Below, one piece after another: positions 1 to 8,966 of a DNA stretch of 53,524 nt (within the stretch, counting starts at the first letter, position 1; every line of letters starts with the position of its first letter). The DNA comes from a virus (taxonomy: Duplodnaviria > Caudoviricetes). The stretch spans positions 1 through 53,524 of the IMG/VR virus record IMGVR_UViG_3300013016_000004; one strand, 5' to 3'. A program made the position numbers and the translations under genes. The notes below the pieces were generated by a model, which was not told where the DNA came from, did no database searches, and saw only the letters and a program-made list of their open reading frames with translations.

Positions 1-1866
1 ACCGAAAGGATTGAACTGCCGCGAAAACTGATCCCCGTCTTTGCTCCCCCGCGCGGTGAGCTCAGGTATCGGGGGGCCTACGGGGGGCGAGGGTCGGCAA
101 AGTCTTACTCGTTTGCGCTCATGGCTGCGGTGTGGGGCGTCTCGGAGCGGTTGAGAATCCTTTGCACCCGCGAATATCAGAATTCAATCAAAGAGTCGTT
201 CCACGCAGAGCTTAAACAGGCAATCCAGGCGCGGCCCTGGCTCGATGCTCAATACGATGTCGGCGAGAATTATATACGCGGCTACAACGGCACGGAGTTT
301 TTGTTTCGCGGCCTGCGTCACGTCATGGGCTCGATCAAGTCAATGGCGCAGATTGATCTTTGCATTGTCGAAGAAGCAGAAGACGTGCCGGACCATTCGT
401 GGCTGAGCCTTGAACCGACAATCCGCGCGGCCAAGAGCGAAATATGGGTGATCTGGAACCCGCGTGACGAAAACTCTCCGACCGACAAGCGGTTTCGCAA
501 GAACACGCCGCCCCGGTCGAAGATTATCGAGATGAACTGGCGCGACAACCCGCGCTTCCCGGCAGTGCTTGAAGAGCAGCGCCAACACATGCTGGCAACC
601 GATCCCGACCTCTACAACCATGTGTGGGAAGGCGGATACTGGCAGAAAAGTCATTCTCAGGTACTCAATGGCAAGTGGGCGGTTAGGGAATTCACGCCCA
701 AAGACTCCTGGGACGGCCCCTACTACGGCCAAGACTGGGGATTCTCAACCGACCCGGCGGCGCTTGTTAAGTTCTGGCGGCACGACAACCGGCTCTACAT
801 CGAGCATGAAGCCTATGAAACAGGTGTTGAGATTGATGATACGCCCGCGCTCAACGACCGCATCCCCGGCGCAAGAGATCATGTCATCCGGGCAGACAGC
901 GCGCGGCCAGAGATTATCAGCTACATGCAGCAGCACGGTTTCCCGAAGATGGTGGCAGCTCCAAAATGGCCGGGGAGCGTGGAGGATGGCGTTTCATGGC
1001 TTCGCTCTCACACCGAGATTGTTATCCATCCGCGCTGCACGAATGTCGCGGAAGAAGCCAGACTGTGGAGTTATAAGGTCGATCGGCAAACCGGCGACGT
1101 GCTCCCCGTTCTCAAGCCAGGCCACGACCATGCGTTTGACGCGATTCGCTACGGAGCAGCACCGATGATTCAGCGCGGTAAGATCACGGTAACGAGTGAA
1201 AAGCAGGGACTCAAGCCGCTTGCAACCTATCGGCTCGATTCCGGCGTGTGGATCTCGGACGCGCAGGGCAACTTCAGGGTATGGGAAGAGCCGATGCGAT
1301 CTTATGTGGTCGGGGCCACGCTTCAGCGCACAGCGGTTGGCGGCGCGGCTATCCAAGTCATTGACCACGCACAGGGTGAGCAGGTGGCGTGCTGGCAGGG
1401 CGAGGTGGACCCGGAAGCCTTTGCTTCAATCATTGCCGCTGTCTGTCGCAGATACCGCAACGCCTGGGCAGTGGTCGATAACGACGGTGTGGGCGGGGTG
1501 GTGATTTCAGCACTTCTCAAGCAGCACAAGCGCGTTTATGCCGAAGTCCCGCCCGGACATAAGACCGGCAAAACGCCCATTCGCCGTGAGTTTGGCTTCC
1601 ACGCCGAGCGCCACATTGAAAGACTGGTCGATCAACTCAGCGTCGATGCAGCGGCCAAGCGCGACGGCATCAAGGACAAGGACACGCTTACCGAGGTCAA
1701 CAACCTGCGCAAAGACCAGGACGGCAAGATCGCAACCGATGTCGCAACGCCTTGTGAGAGAGCCTGGGCGTACTGCCTTGCCCGTCACGGCTTTGCCACG
1801 CTGCCCAAGCCCCGTACCGATTACAGCGCACCCACAGCCTCAAATGGCTGGGCGGGTCACGTTTAA
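1..1866 (+). CDS. terL: Terminase large subunit (PBSX/Terminase_3-like) with an extra C-terminal degenerate nuclease domain; 5' end at or before the window edge
   Basis: Frame is open from base 1 (TERIELPRKLIPVF..GAYGGRGSAKS Walker A), Walker B CIVEEAE, WNP motif, nuclease motifs YGQDWGF, ADSARP, DHAFDAIRY. Confidence 0.93.
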   Translation, partial: TERIELPRKLIPVFAPPRGELRYRGAYGGRGSAKSYSFALMAAVWGVSERLRILCTREYQNSIKESFHAELKQAIQARPWLDAQYDVGENYIRGYNGTEFLFRGLRHVMGSIKSMAQIDLCIVEEAEDVPDHSWLSLEPTIRAAKSEIWVIWNPRDENSPTDKRFRKNTPPRSKIIEMNWRDNPRFPAVLEEQRQHMLATDPDLYNHVWEGGYWQKSHSQVLNGKWAVREFTPKDSWDGPYYGQDWGFSTDPAALVKFWRHDNRLYIEHEAYETGVEIDDTPALNDRIPGARDHVIRADSARPEIISYMQQHGFPKMVAAPKWPGSVEDGVSWLRSHTEIVIHPRCTNVAEEARLWSYKVDRQTGDVLPVLKPGHDHAFDAIRYGAAPMIQRGKITVTSEKQGLKPLATYRLDSGVWISDAQGNFRVWEEPMRSYVVGATLQRTAVGGAAIQVIDHAQGEQVACWQGEVDPEAFASIIAAVCRRYRNAWAVVDNDGVGGVVISALLKQHKRVYAEVPPGHKTGKTPIRREFGFHAERHIERLVDQLSVDAAAKRDGIKDKDTLTEVNNLRKDQDGKIATDVATPCERAWAYCLARHGFATLPKPRTDYSAPTASNGWAGHV

Positions 1867-1875
1867 GGAGCAACT

Positions 1876-3885
1876 ATGGCTGGACTTATCCTCGTACAAA
1901 CGCCGGAAGAGGTCACGCAGGCACAGACACCACAGCCGCAGATCGAGCGCGAAGCCCCCAATCTCCCGGCGCTGGTCTCACACCTCCACGCACAGTGGGA
2001 GAAAGCCAAACGGCGCAAGATCCACATCGAACACGAGATGCTTGACGCCAAGCGCCAGCGCGAGGGCGAGTATTCGGCGGCAGAGATCGAGATGATCAAG
2101 AAGATCGGCGGCACGGACGCCTTCCGCAATCTCACCGACGTTAAGTGCCGCACCGGGGCAAGTTGGGTGCGCGACATCATTTTTCAGCCCGGTGACAAGC
2201 CATGGGGGTTGGAGCCCACACCCATTCCGGATCTTCCGCAAGACGTGGCGGAGCGGATCAAGGAGCGCGTGCGGCAGATGGCGATTGACCAGGCGGTGAT
2301 TGCCGAGATGCAAAGTGGCGAGCCGGTGGATCTTGCACGCCTCAAGCAAGCCATTGAAGAGCAGGCCGCAGCGGCGATGGAGGAATTGGGCGGCGCGCTG
2401 GTCACGGAGAGCAATAAGCGGGCCGAGCGCATGAGTCAAATCATTGACGATCAGTTGACCGAGGCCAAGTTTGAAGTGGTGGCGGCGCGCTTTATTGACG
2501 ATCTGATGACGTATCACGCCGGGATCCTCAAGGGCCCGGTGACCAGGATGCGGCAGGAACTCAAATGGGAGAATCAGGGCGGGCAGTTTATTCCAACCAC
2601 GCAAGATAGGCCCTATCCTTTCGTTGATCGCACCCACCCCTTGGACTTCTACCCGGTCAATCCCTACGACATTGAGTTTGCAGGTGTGTTTGAGCGCCAC
2701 CGCTGGCATCCGGGGCGGCTTCAGCAGCTTTTGGGCATGGGCGAAGAAGGCGGCTACCGTGATGAAGAGATCCGCACCATTCTTTCTGAGCATAAAGCGG
2801 GTTCTCTTGGCGACTGGCTGTGGACCGACAACGAGCGCGACCACCTCAACAATCTGACCGATGCGGCAGACACGATTGACTGCCTCGAATGCTGGGACGC
2901 GGTGCCGGGACATATGCTCGAAGAGTGGGGCATTGAGGTGGACGACCCGGACAAGCACCACCAGATTCATGCCTTCATGATCGGCAGAAGGTTGATCCGC
3001 CTGATTCTCAATCCGCACCCCTTGGGCAAGCGCCCCTATCATCTGGCCTCTTTCGTCGCAGGCGACACCATTTGGGGCAAAGCGCCGCCGCAACTGCTTA
3101 AAGATTCGCAGAAGGCGGCCAATTCCGTTTACCGCGCAGCGATCAACAACTGTGCAATGGCCTGGGGGCCGATGAGCGAGGTCAACAAGGACCGGCTGGC
3201 TGCGGGAGAGAGCGCACAGATTCACCCGCTCAAGCAGTTTATGACCACCGACGACATGCAGACCGGCCAGCCTGCGGTGCGCCTGACCGATATTCCGTAT
3301 AAGGGCGACGCCATGCTGCAAGCGCTGGCCGAACTTGAGCGGCGCGCAGACGATGAGAGCGGTATTCCCGCTTACGCACACGGCCAGCAGGATGTCGGCG
3401 GCGCAGGCAATACGGCAAGTGGTCTTTCGATGCTGCTCAACATGGCGACAAAAACCATCAAGGACGTGGTGCGCAACATCGATGACGCCATTGAAGGGCT
3501 GATTGAGGGCTTTTTCGTGTGGAACATGGAATTTCACCCCGACCAGAGCGCCAAAGGTGATCTCCGTATTGAGGCCAAGGGCTCAAGTGCGCTGGTAATC
3601 AAGGAACAAATGGCAATTCGCTTGCGGGAGTTTTTGCAGCAGACCGCAAATCCGGTCGATATGCAGATTACAGGGGTCGAGGGCAGAGCCTACGCGCTGC
3701 GTGAATCAGCCAAGGGGCTTAACCTCGAAGCAGACAAGTTGGTTCCCGGCACTCCGACCAACCAGGTCATGAGTCCGCAGCACCAACAGCAACCGTCCCA
3801 GCAACCGCAGACATTAAACCAGGCAGGTGAGCCGGCCGGTGGGCAGGATGCTATGTTGCCGGAAGCGAGGGCGTATGGACAATAA
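1876..3885 (+). CDS. Portal protein
   Basis: 669 aa directly after terL; RPY..G..WG, ADDESGIP, GNTASGLSML and KGD..I.AKG segments typical of podovirus-type portals; AAGGAG RBS. Confidence 0.8.
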   Translation: MAGLILVQTPEEVTQAQTPQPQIEREAPNLPALVSHLHAQWEKAKRRKIHIEHEMLDAKRQREGEYSAAEIEMIKKIGGTDAFRNLTDVKCRTGASWVRDIIFQPGDKPWGLEPTPIPDLPQDVAERIKERVRQMAIDQAVIAEMQSGEPVDLARLKQAIEEQAAAAMEELGGALVTESNKRAERMSQIIDDQLTEAKFEVVAARFIDDLMTYHAGILKGPVTRMRQELKWENQGGQFIPTTQDRPYPFVDRTHPLDFYPVNPYDIEFAGVFERHRWHPGRLQQLLGMGEEGGYRDEEIRTILSEHKAGSLGDWLWTDNERDHLNNLTDAADTIDCLECWDAVPGHMLEEWGIEVDDPDKHHQIHAFMIGRRLIRLILNPHPLGKRPYHLASFVAGDTIWGKAPPQLLKDSQKAANSVYRAAINNCAMAWGPMSEVNKDRLAAGESAQIHPLKQFMTTDDMQTGQPAVRLTDIPYKGDAMLQALAELERRADDESGIPAYAHGQQDVGGAGNTASGLSMLLNMATKTIKDVVRNIDDAIEGLIEGFFVWNMEFHPDQSAKGDLRIEAKGSSALVIKEQMAIRLREFLQQTANPVDMQITGVEGRAYALRESAKGLNLEADKLVPGTPTNQVMSPQHQQQPSQQPQTLNQAGEPAGGQDAMLPEARAYGQ

Positions 3886-4102
3886 TTATTTCGCGCTGGT
3901 TTTTCGCACGCTCGAAGGCAAGAAGGTAGTCGAAGAACTCAAGCGAGAACTTTTCCACCTGGACGCCGTAAGCCGTAAGCTGCGGGGTGAAAGACTGCTT
4001 GAAAACACCATCCGGCGCGACACTTACCGGGAAATCATCGAAAAGTTTAGTCAGTCCGCCGACCCTTCGCGTAACATGGAGGAAAGAAAGGATTGGGCGT
4101 GA
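3875..4102 (+). CDS. Small head-module protein (Bbp19-like)
   Basis: ATG overlaps portal end; VFRTLEGKKVVEELK resembles F.T..G..VL..L small post-portal proteins. Confidence 0.5.
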   Translation: MDNNYFALVFRTLEGKKVVEELKRELFHLDAVSRKLRGERLLENTIRRDTYREIIEKFSQSADPSRNMEERKDWA

Positions 4103-4266
4103 GCGACACCGAAATTTTAGAGATGATCGAGAAGTTTAAAGGCATTCTCGGGCGAGGCAACGGGCAGATGACGATTAACTTCGCCGGCGGGAAGCCAAAG
4201 AACATCAAGGTGTCGATGGATGGCGACGCGCTCTCACAGCAAAAAAGGGTGCGCATAGCCTCCTGA
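4099..4266 (+). CDS. Hypothetical 55-aa protein (MSDTEILEMIEKFKGILGRGNGQMTINFAGGKPKNIK...)
   Basis: GTGA overlap with upstream stop; below the ORF-track length cutoff; translated by hand. Confidence 0.55.
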   Translation: MSDTEILEMIEKFKGILGRGNGQMTINFAGGKPKNIKVSMDGDALSQQKRVRIAS

Positions 4267-4300
4267 TTCTCTGACAACTAAATAACGGGCTTATCTGAAT

Positions 4301-4353
4301 AAGAGGCCGATGCAACGAGTTTCACCGCTCGTTTTGCGTCGGCCTCTTTTTTT
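4301..4353 (+). terminator. Intrinsic terminator before the scaffold leader
   Basis: AAGAGGCCGATGCAA...TTGCGTCGGCCTCTT stem followed by a T-run. Confidence 0.75.
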
Positions 4354-4361
4354 GTTTCATC

Positions 4362-4461
4362 CGGGCGAAATTCCCAACGGCTTTCGACCCGACGCAATAG
4401 CAAACGCGGGATTCCTTTCAAGGCTCTCGCACATCACAGGCGATTCCAAACAAGGCTCGCC
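4362..4461 (+). promoter_or_regulatory. Three tandem related hairpins in the scaffold 5' leader
   Basis: Each reads stem-ATTCC-loop-GGCT-stem (4362-4391, 4406-4430, 4439-4461); GGGAGG RBS follows at once. Confidence 0.65.
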
Positions 4462-4477
4462 GGGAGGACAAACGTCA

Positions 4478-5395
4478 ATGGCACAACTACCTGACGCCGT
4501 ACAACGGCAGATCGAAGAGGCTGAACGGCTCGAAGCAGGCATCAGCGAGGCTCCCGTAGAGGATTCCCCTGAAGAGCAAGCGGATTCCCACGAGGCTCCG
4601 CAAGAGGAAACCCCTGACCCGAAAGATGAGCGCATCTCTGAACTTGAACGAGAGCTTCAGTCGGCGCGTGTCGAACAAGGCCGGGTCAAGACCCTCAACC
4701 AGCAGCTTCGCACGGCACAAGAGCAGATCGAACAGTTGCAGTCCGAAATTGAAACCCTCAAAACCCAAGAACCGCAGGCTCCCGTCTCAAGCGCTAAGCG
4801 CGATGAGTTGGTGGATTCCTACGGCGAGGATCTTGTCAGCTACATGGAAGAGGTGGCAAATGCCCAGGCCGCAAAGCTTCAGGGCGAGATTGACCGACTG
4901 AAGGGCGATACCGGAGAGGTCAGGCAGGCACAGGCCGCAAGTCAGCAGGAACGCTTCTGGTCAAGCCTCAACGCCGCCCATCCCGACTGGCAAAAGATCC
5001 AGGCCACCAAAGAGGGGCAGGACTTTCTTCTGTCGAGCGTGCCCTACGACATGCAGGGGCGCACCTTCGATGATCTGCTGCAAGAGGCCGCAAGATCGCA
5101 CAACGCGCAGGCCGCAATTGACGTGTTCGGTGGCATGAAGCGCCACATCGAGGCCAACAAGAAGGCGTCTCCGCAGGACCGGGCGAAATCCCAGGTCGTT
5201 CCCGGCAAGGGGCCGGGGGGAACGCCGCCGACTCAAAACACCAAGCCGACCTTCACGCAGCGAGAGGTCCATCAAGCCTCACTCGAATACGCCAAGAACC
5301 AGTCGCTTGATATCCCGCAGAAATACGGGGCCAAGACGATTGAAGAGTGGGACGAGATGGTCAACCTGGCAGCACTCGAAGGGCGGCTCAAGTAA
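4478..5395 (+). CDS. Capsid scaffolding protein
   Basis: Acidic, coiled-coil, AHPDW motif, C-terminal AALEGR; between portal and capsid; RBS favours ATG 4478 over 4310. Confidence 0.75.
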   Translation: MAQLPDAVQRQIEEAERLEAGISEAPVEDSPEEQADSHEAPQEETPDPKDERISELERELQSARVEQGRVKTLNQQLRTAQEQIEQLQSEIETLKTQEPQAPVSSAKRDELVDSYGEDLVSYMEEVANAQAAKLQGEIDRLKGDTGEVRQAQAASQQERFWSSLNAAHPDWQKIQATKEGQDFLLSSVPYDMQGRTFDDLLQEAARSHNAQAAIDVFGGMKRHIEANKKASPQDRAKSQVVPGKGPGGTPPTQNTKPTFTQREVHQASLEYAKNQSLDIPQKYGAKTIEEWDEMVNLAALEGRLK

Positions 5396-5408
5396 AGGAT
5401 AACCAGCC

Positions 5409-6392
5409 ATGAGTGTACCTGTTTCCGTACAAAATCCGAGTGCATACGGCTCTGCCGCCTATGCCGACAATTCCGGCCACATGCTTGAGACCGTATTCAG
5501 CGCAAAGACCCTGCGCAATTTCTACGGCTCGACCGCGCTGTGGGACATCTCAAACACCGACTATGAGGGCGAGGCCAAGTTTAACGAAAAGGTCATGATT
5601 CGCCGCGACCCCGATCCGACCTTCACCGAATACACCAAGGGTAAGACGGTGACGTTCGAGGACGCAGAGACCCCGGCCATCGCGCTTGAGATCAACAAGG
5701 CGCAGAGCTTTGCCGTCAAGCTCGACAAGATCGACATGGCGCAGACCAAGCTCAAGCCTCTGGACCGCGCATCTGAAGTGGCCCGCAAGAAAGCCAAACT
5801 CATCATCGAAACCGACGTGTTCAGTGGCGCTTACGCCGGTGCGGACGCGGCCAACATCGGCGCAACCGGTGGCGCGATCTCCGGTAACATCGACTTCGGC
5901 ACCGCCGACGCCCCCCTGACCCTGGTTTCGGCGACCAACCCCGGCGCTGGCGAAGTAAACGTCATCGAGTGGATCACCCGCCTTTCCCAGGGCCTCTACG
6001 AGCAGGAAGTTGAGCTTGACGAGGGCAGCGGCTGGATTCTTCTGCCGCCCAAGATCGCCTCGCTGATTAAGAACTCCGATCTCAAGGACGCCTCGATCAC
6101 CGGCGATGGCAAGTCGATGCTGCGCAACGGTCGGCTCGGCATGATCGACCGCTTTACCCTCTACGTCAATAATCGCGTGCCCATCGTTACAGTTGCGGGC
6201 ACCCCTAATGTTTTGTCCTACCAGGTCATGGCCGGCACCAAGGAAGCCCTGACCTTCGCCATGCAGCTTGAGGACATCAACTATCACGAAAAACTGGAAA
6301 CCACCTTCGGCTCCGGCATCAAGGGTCTGTTCGTGTGGGGTTCCAAAGTCGTGCAGCCCAAGGCGCTGATTACTTCTCGCGTTGCCAAGTAA
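5409..6392 (+). CDS. Major capsid protein
   Basis: 327 aa after scaffold; ISNTDYEGE, NGRLGMIDRFTLY, FG..IKGLFVWG.KVVQP motifs; highly biased codon usage; followed by a terminator. Confidence 0.85.
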   Translation: MSVPVSVQNPSAYGSAAYADNSGHMLETVFSAKTLRNFYGSTALWDISNTDYEGEAKFNEKVMIRRDPDPTFTEYTKGKTVTFEDAETPAIALEINKAQSFAVKLDKIDMAQTKLKPLDRASEVARKKAKLIIETDVFSGAYAGADAANIGATGGAISGNIDFGTADAPLTLVSATNPGAGEVNVIEWITRLSQGLYEQEVELDEGSGWILLPPKIASLIKNSDLKDASITGDGKSMLRNGRLGMIDRFTLYVNNRVPIVTVAGTPNVLSYQVMAGTKEALTFAMQLEDINYHEKLETTFGSGIKGLFVWGSKVVQPKALITSRVAK

Positions 6393-6398
6393 CCAACC

Positions 6399-6422
6399 GG
6401 GGGCGGGAAACCGCCCCCTTTT
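6399..6422 (+). terminator. Intrinsic terminator after the capsid gene
   Basis: GGGGGCGG-GAAA-CCGCCCCC-TTTT. Confidence 0.8.
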
Positions 6423-6439
6423 CCTAAAGGACTCCCAAG

Positions 6440-6784
6440 GTGAACGAATACCTGAAAAACAACGTGACCGGCGTAATTTTCCCTGCCACCGCGCATCTTC
6501 TCAAAAATCGCGGCAACCTCGATCTGTCCTATGCCACCGAAAAAGAGTACCTGGCGCAGATGGGCGGAGAGAAACCGCAGGAAGAGGAGCCCGCAGAGCT
6601 TGACGCCAACCGCATTACCGAGCTTGCAGAAGCCATTGCCACGCTCGACCGCGACAACCCCAAGCATTACCTCGCAGACGGCAAGCCTGATGCGCGCGCG
6701 ATCTCAAGCGTGGTGGGTTCTCGCGTGACCAAGGAAGAGCGCGACCTGGCCTGGGACGCATTCAAAGAGCAGTCGGAGGAATAA
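6440..6784 (+). CDS. Hypothetical head-module protein
   Basis: AAGGA RBS, GTG start; C-terminal DGKPD..AI...VG..VT..ERD.AW segment. Confidence 0.6.
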   Translation: MNEYLKNNVTGVIFPATAHLLKNRGNLDLSYATEKEYLAQMGGEKPQEEEPAELDANRITELAEAIATLDRDNPKHYLADGKPDARAISSVVGSRVTKEERDLAWDAFKEQSEE

Positions 6785-7444
6785 ATGGCAACCATTCTCG
6801 CGCAAACCCTGATTGACCGCTCCCAAACCCTGATTCAAGACCAGTTGGGCACCCGCTGGCCTGCGCCGGAGCTTTTGAACTGGCTCAATGACGGTCAGCG
6901 CGAAGTGGTTCTTCTCAAGCCGGACGCGCACGTTAAAAATGAAGCGGTGCAGATGCAGCCAGGCACCAAGCAAAACATCCCCCCATCAGGCAATGTACTG
7001 ATCGACGTACGGCGCAACATGGGGGCAAACGGTGTGACGCCGGGGAGAGCAATTACCCTGACCGATCGCCGTATTCTCGATGAGCAGCTGCGCGACTGGC
7101 ATTTCGCTGCTGAGAATTCAATCGCTATTCATTACATCTTCGACCCGGCAGATCCCAAGCATTTCTATCTTTACCCGGCCCAACCTTCGCCTGCGCACTA
7201 CGTCGAGTTGATCTACTCCGCAGCGCCCGATGACGTGGTTGATCCGGCAACCGGCACCATCAGCATTGACAATATCTATTCCAATGCGCTGGTGGACTAT
7301 ATCGTTTACCGCGCCTATTCCAAAGACGCCGATTACGCCGCCAACGACGGGCGCGCCAACCAGCATTACAACCGCTTTCTGATCGCGCTTGGCCTCAAGG
7401 CCCAGGGGCAGGACAGCATCTCTCCCGTGAGGCGTGAAGGATGA
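6785..7444 (+). CDS. Head-tail adaptor-like protein
   Basis: RW...ELLNWLNDGQRE and ALVDY..YRAYSKD motifs; position after capsid. Confidence 0.65.
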   Translation: MATILAQTLIDRSQTLIQDQLGTRWPAPELLNWLNDGQREVVLLKPDAHVKNEAVQMQPGTKQNIPPSGNVLIDVRRNMGANGVTPGRAITLTDRRILDEQLRDWHFAAENSIAIHYIFDPADPKHFYLYPAQPSPAHYVELIYSAAPDDVVDPATGTISIDNIYSNALVDYIVYRAYSKDADYAANDGRANQHYNRFLIALGLKAQGQDSISPVRREG

Positions 7445-7755
7445 GTTTAGAAGACCTTGCCGCAGAGCTTGCCCCGGATTTCCCCGGCTGCCCGTTCCCG
7501 ACGCTGATTGCGAAGCTAGAGCAAATTCAGCGTGAACTTGAAAGCCAGGGTATTGAGTACCCGGACGAATTCCCCGAAGCCCTGTCTTTCGGTGCGCGCT
7601 GGAAGCTCTTCTCCATGAACGGGCGGGAGTGGGCCGACCGCACGCAGGCGCAGGACAATTACACGCTCTATCGTGAGGCCAGACACAAGGCCAAGGTCGC
7701 AACCGCTCACGCAGCGCCGGACTACACCGGACGCTCCACGGTGCCTGGATTTTAA
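7441..7755 (+). CDS. Hypothetical virion protein (short adaptor-like)
   Basis: ATGA overlap; PGCP and GA..KL..M.G..W motifs. Confidence 0.5.
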   Translation: MSLEDLAAELAPDFPGCPFPTLIAKLEQIQRELESQGIEYPDEFPEALSFGARWKLFSMNGREWADRTQAQDNYTLYREARHKAKVATAHAAPDYTGRSTVPGF

Positions 7756-7819
7756 CTCAAGCACTTTGAGCAGCGGCCGGGGCAAGTCAGATCAACCCGG
7801 CCCATGGAGGAGAAATCCT

Positions 7820-8134
7820 TTGGGTATCACGTTTGAACCCCTGAAATGCTCCTGCGGGCTAACCTGTTCGTATTTGATCAGGGTTGGCGACGAGCACAAA
7901 AGCGTTGAATCCAGAGACAGGTGGCAGGGAGTAGCCACGGCATATTGCCGCACATCGAGCGACGGACAGCCCTACATTTACATCATGGGCGCTTGCGGAA
8001 AGATGAGGCGCAAAGACTACTTCGCCGTTTTTGACTGGCTGTTTGAGCGAGGTTTTACGCGGATTGAATATGAGCACAAGGGACGGGAGAGGTTTGTGAT
8101 AAGAGAACAGTGGGCAGACAGGAGTAAAGGATGA
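7820..8134 (+). CDS. Hypothetical protein
   Basis: GGAGG RBS and TTG start; stop overlaps next ATG. Confidence 0.5.
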   Translation: MGITFEPLKCSCGLTCSYLIRVGDEHKSVESRDRWQGVATAYCRTSSDGQPYIYIMGACGKMRRKDYFAVFDWLFERGFTRIEYEHKGRERFVIREQWADRSKG

Positions 8135-8580
8135 ACCCAACCCTCAAAAAACTGGCAGACGAGCTATCCGTAGACCCCGAGGTGCGCGGATATGCGGGGA
8201 TGAGCGCGCAGCAGGCGGTGGATGACATCAATGAACCGCGATATCTCGTACTTAGGGAAGCATGGCTCAACGAGCGCACCCTGTTTGCCCTGTTCGGAGC
8301 GGCCCGCGCCACTGAGATCATGGACGGACTGCAAGCGTCTCCCGACAGTCTGAGCCAGCGCGTCTACGGGATGCTGATGGATAGAGGGTCAGGCGGTATT
8401 GATGTGGGACACGCCCAAACTAGAGGTATGGTCGGCAGTTTTGTTTCAAGCGGGCTGGTTACCCAAGCCGAGGCTGACCAGATTCTTGCGCTGGCCGAAA
8501 CGTATCAGAGCCGCGCACAACAAATTGGCTATCAAGAAATCACAGAGCAGATGGTTCTTCGAGTTAGGGAGGAAATGTAA
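8131..8580 (+). CDS. Hypothetical protein
   Basis: Coupled ORF in the structural operon. Confidence 0.6.
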   Translation: MNPTLKKLADELSVDPEVRGYAGMSAQQAVDDINEPRYLVLREAWLNERTLFALFGAARATEIMDGLQASPDSLSQRVYGMLMDRGSGGIDVGHAQTRGMVGSFVSSGLVTQAEADQILALAETYQSRAQQIGYQEITEQMVLRVREEM

Positions 8581-8966
8581 TGGGTGGGTTTACTTTTGGA
8601 TTATGGTCGCAGCTTGGGACAACTCAGGCTATCGCGGCATCGGGGAATTATCTTTTCGGAACTGTTGATAATGCTGGTAAGACCAGCGCGGAGGTCTCCG
8701 TTGTTGCTACGTTCGCCGCAGGGTCCACGACCAGCAGCGCACGAGTACAGATTGAGCGCGATATTGACGGAACGAATTTTGAGTCTATCGGCGCGGCTCC
8801 GTGGTCTGTACCGCTCCCCTTTACTGCTGCAAGCACCCAGACCGAGCGCACTATCTCTGTTCCTGCGGATTTCGTGGGCAAGTTTCGTGTGCGAGTGGTC
8901 AATGACGATATCAACTACGGCTTAACCGGCGTTGCTATCAACGTGCGTCAGAGTACATACGCATGA
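8580..8966 (+). CDS. Hypothetical beta-rich virion protein
   Basis: TAATG coupling; Thr/Ser/Val-rich; SIDGTNF-like IDGTNFE motif. Confidence 0.55.
   Translation: MGGFTFGLWSQLGTTQAIAASGNYLFGTVDNAGKTSAEVSVVATFAAGSTTSSARVQIERDIDGTNFESIGAAPWSVPLPFTAASTQTERTISVPADFVGKFRVRVVNDDINYGLTGVAINVRQSTYA

Noticed and set aside
1978-3537. 519-aa minus-strand ORF
   Set aside because: Antisense shadow of the portal gene in GC-rich codons; no motifs
4310-4477. N-terminal extension of the scaffold ORF
   Set aside because: Runs through a terminator and hairpins; the RBS supports ATG 4478
7756-7805. Hairpins with GGCAAGTCAG, also present near 47680 on the minus strand
   Set aside because: Only a 10-nt match with different contexts; may be chance
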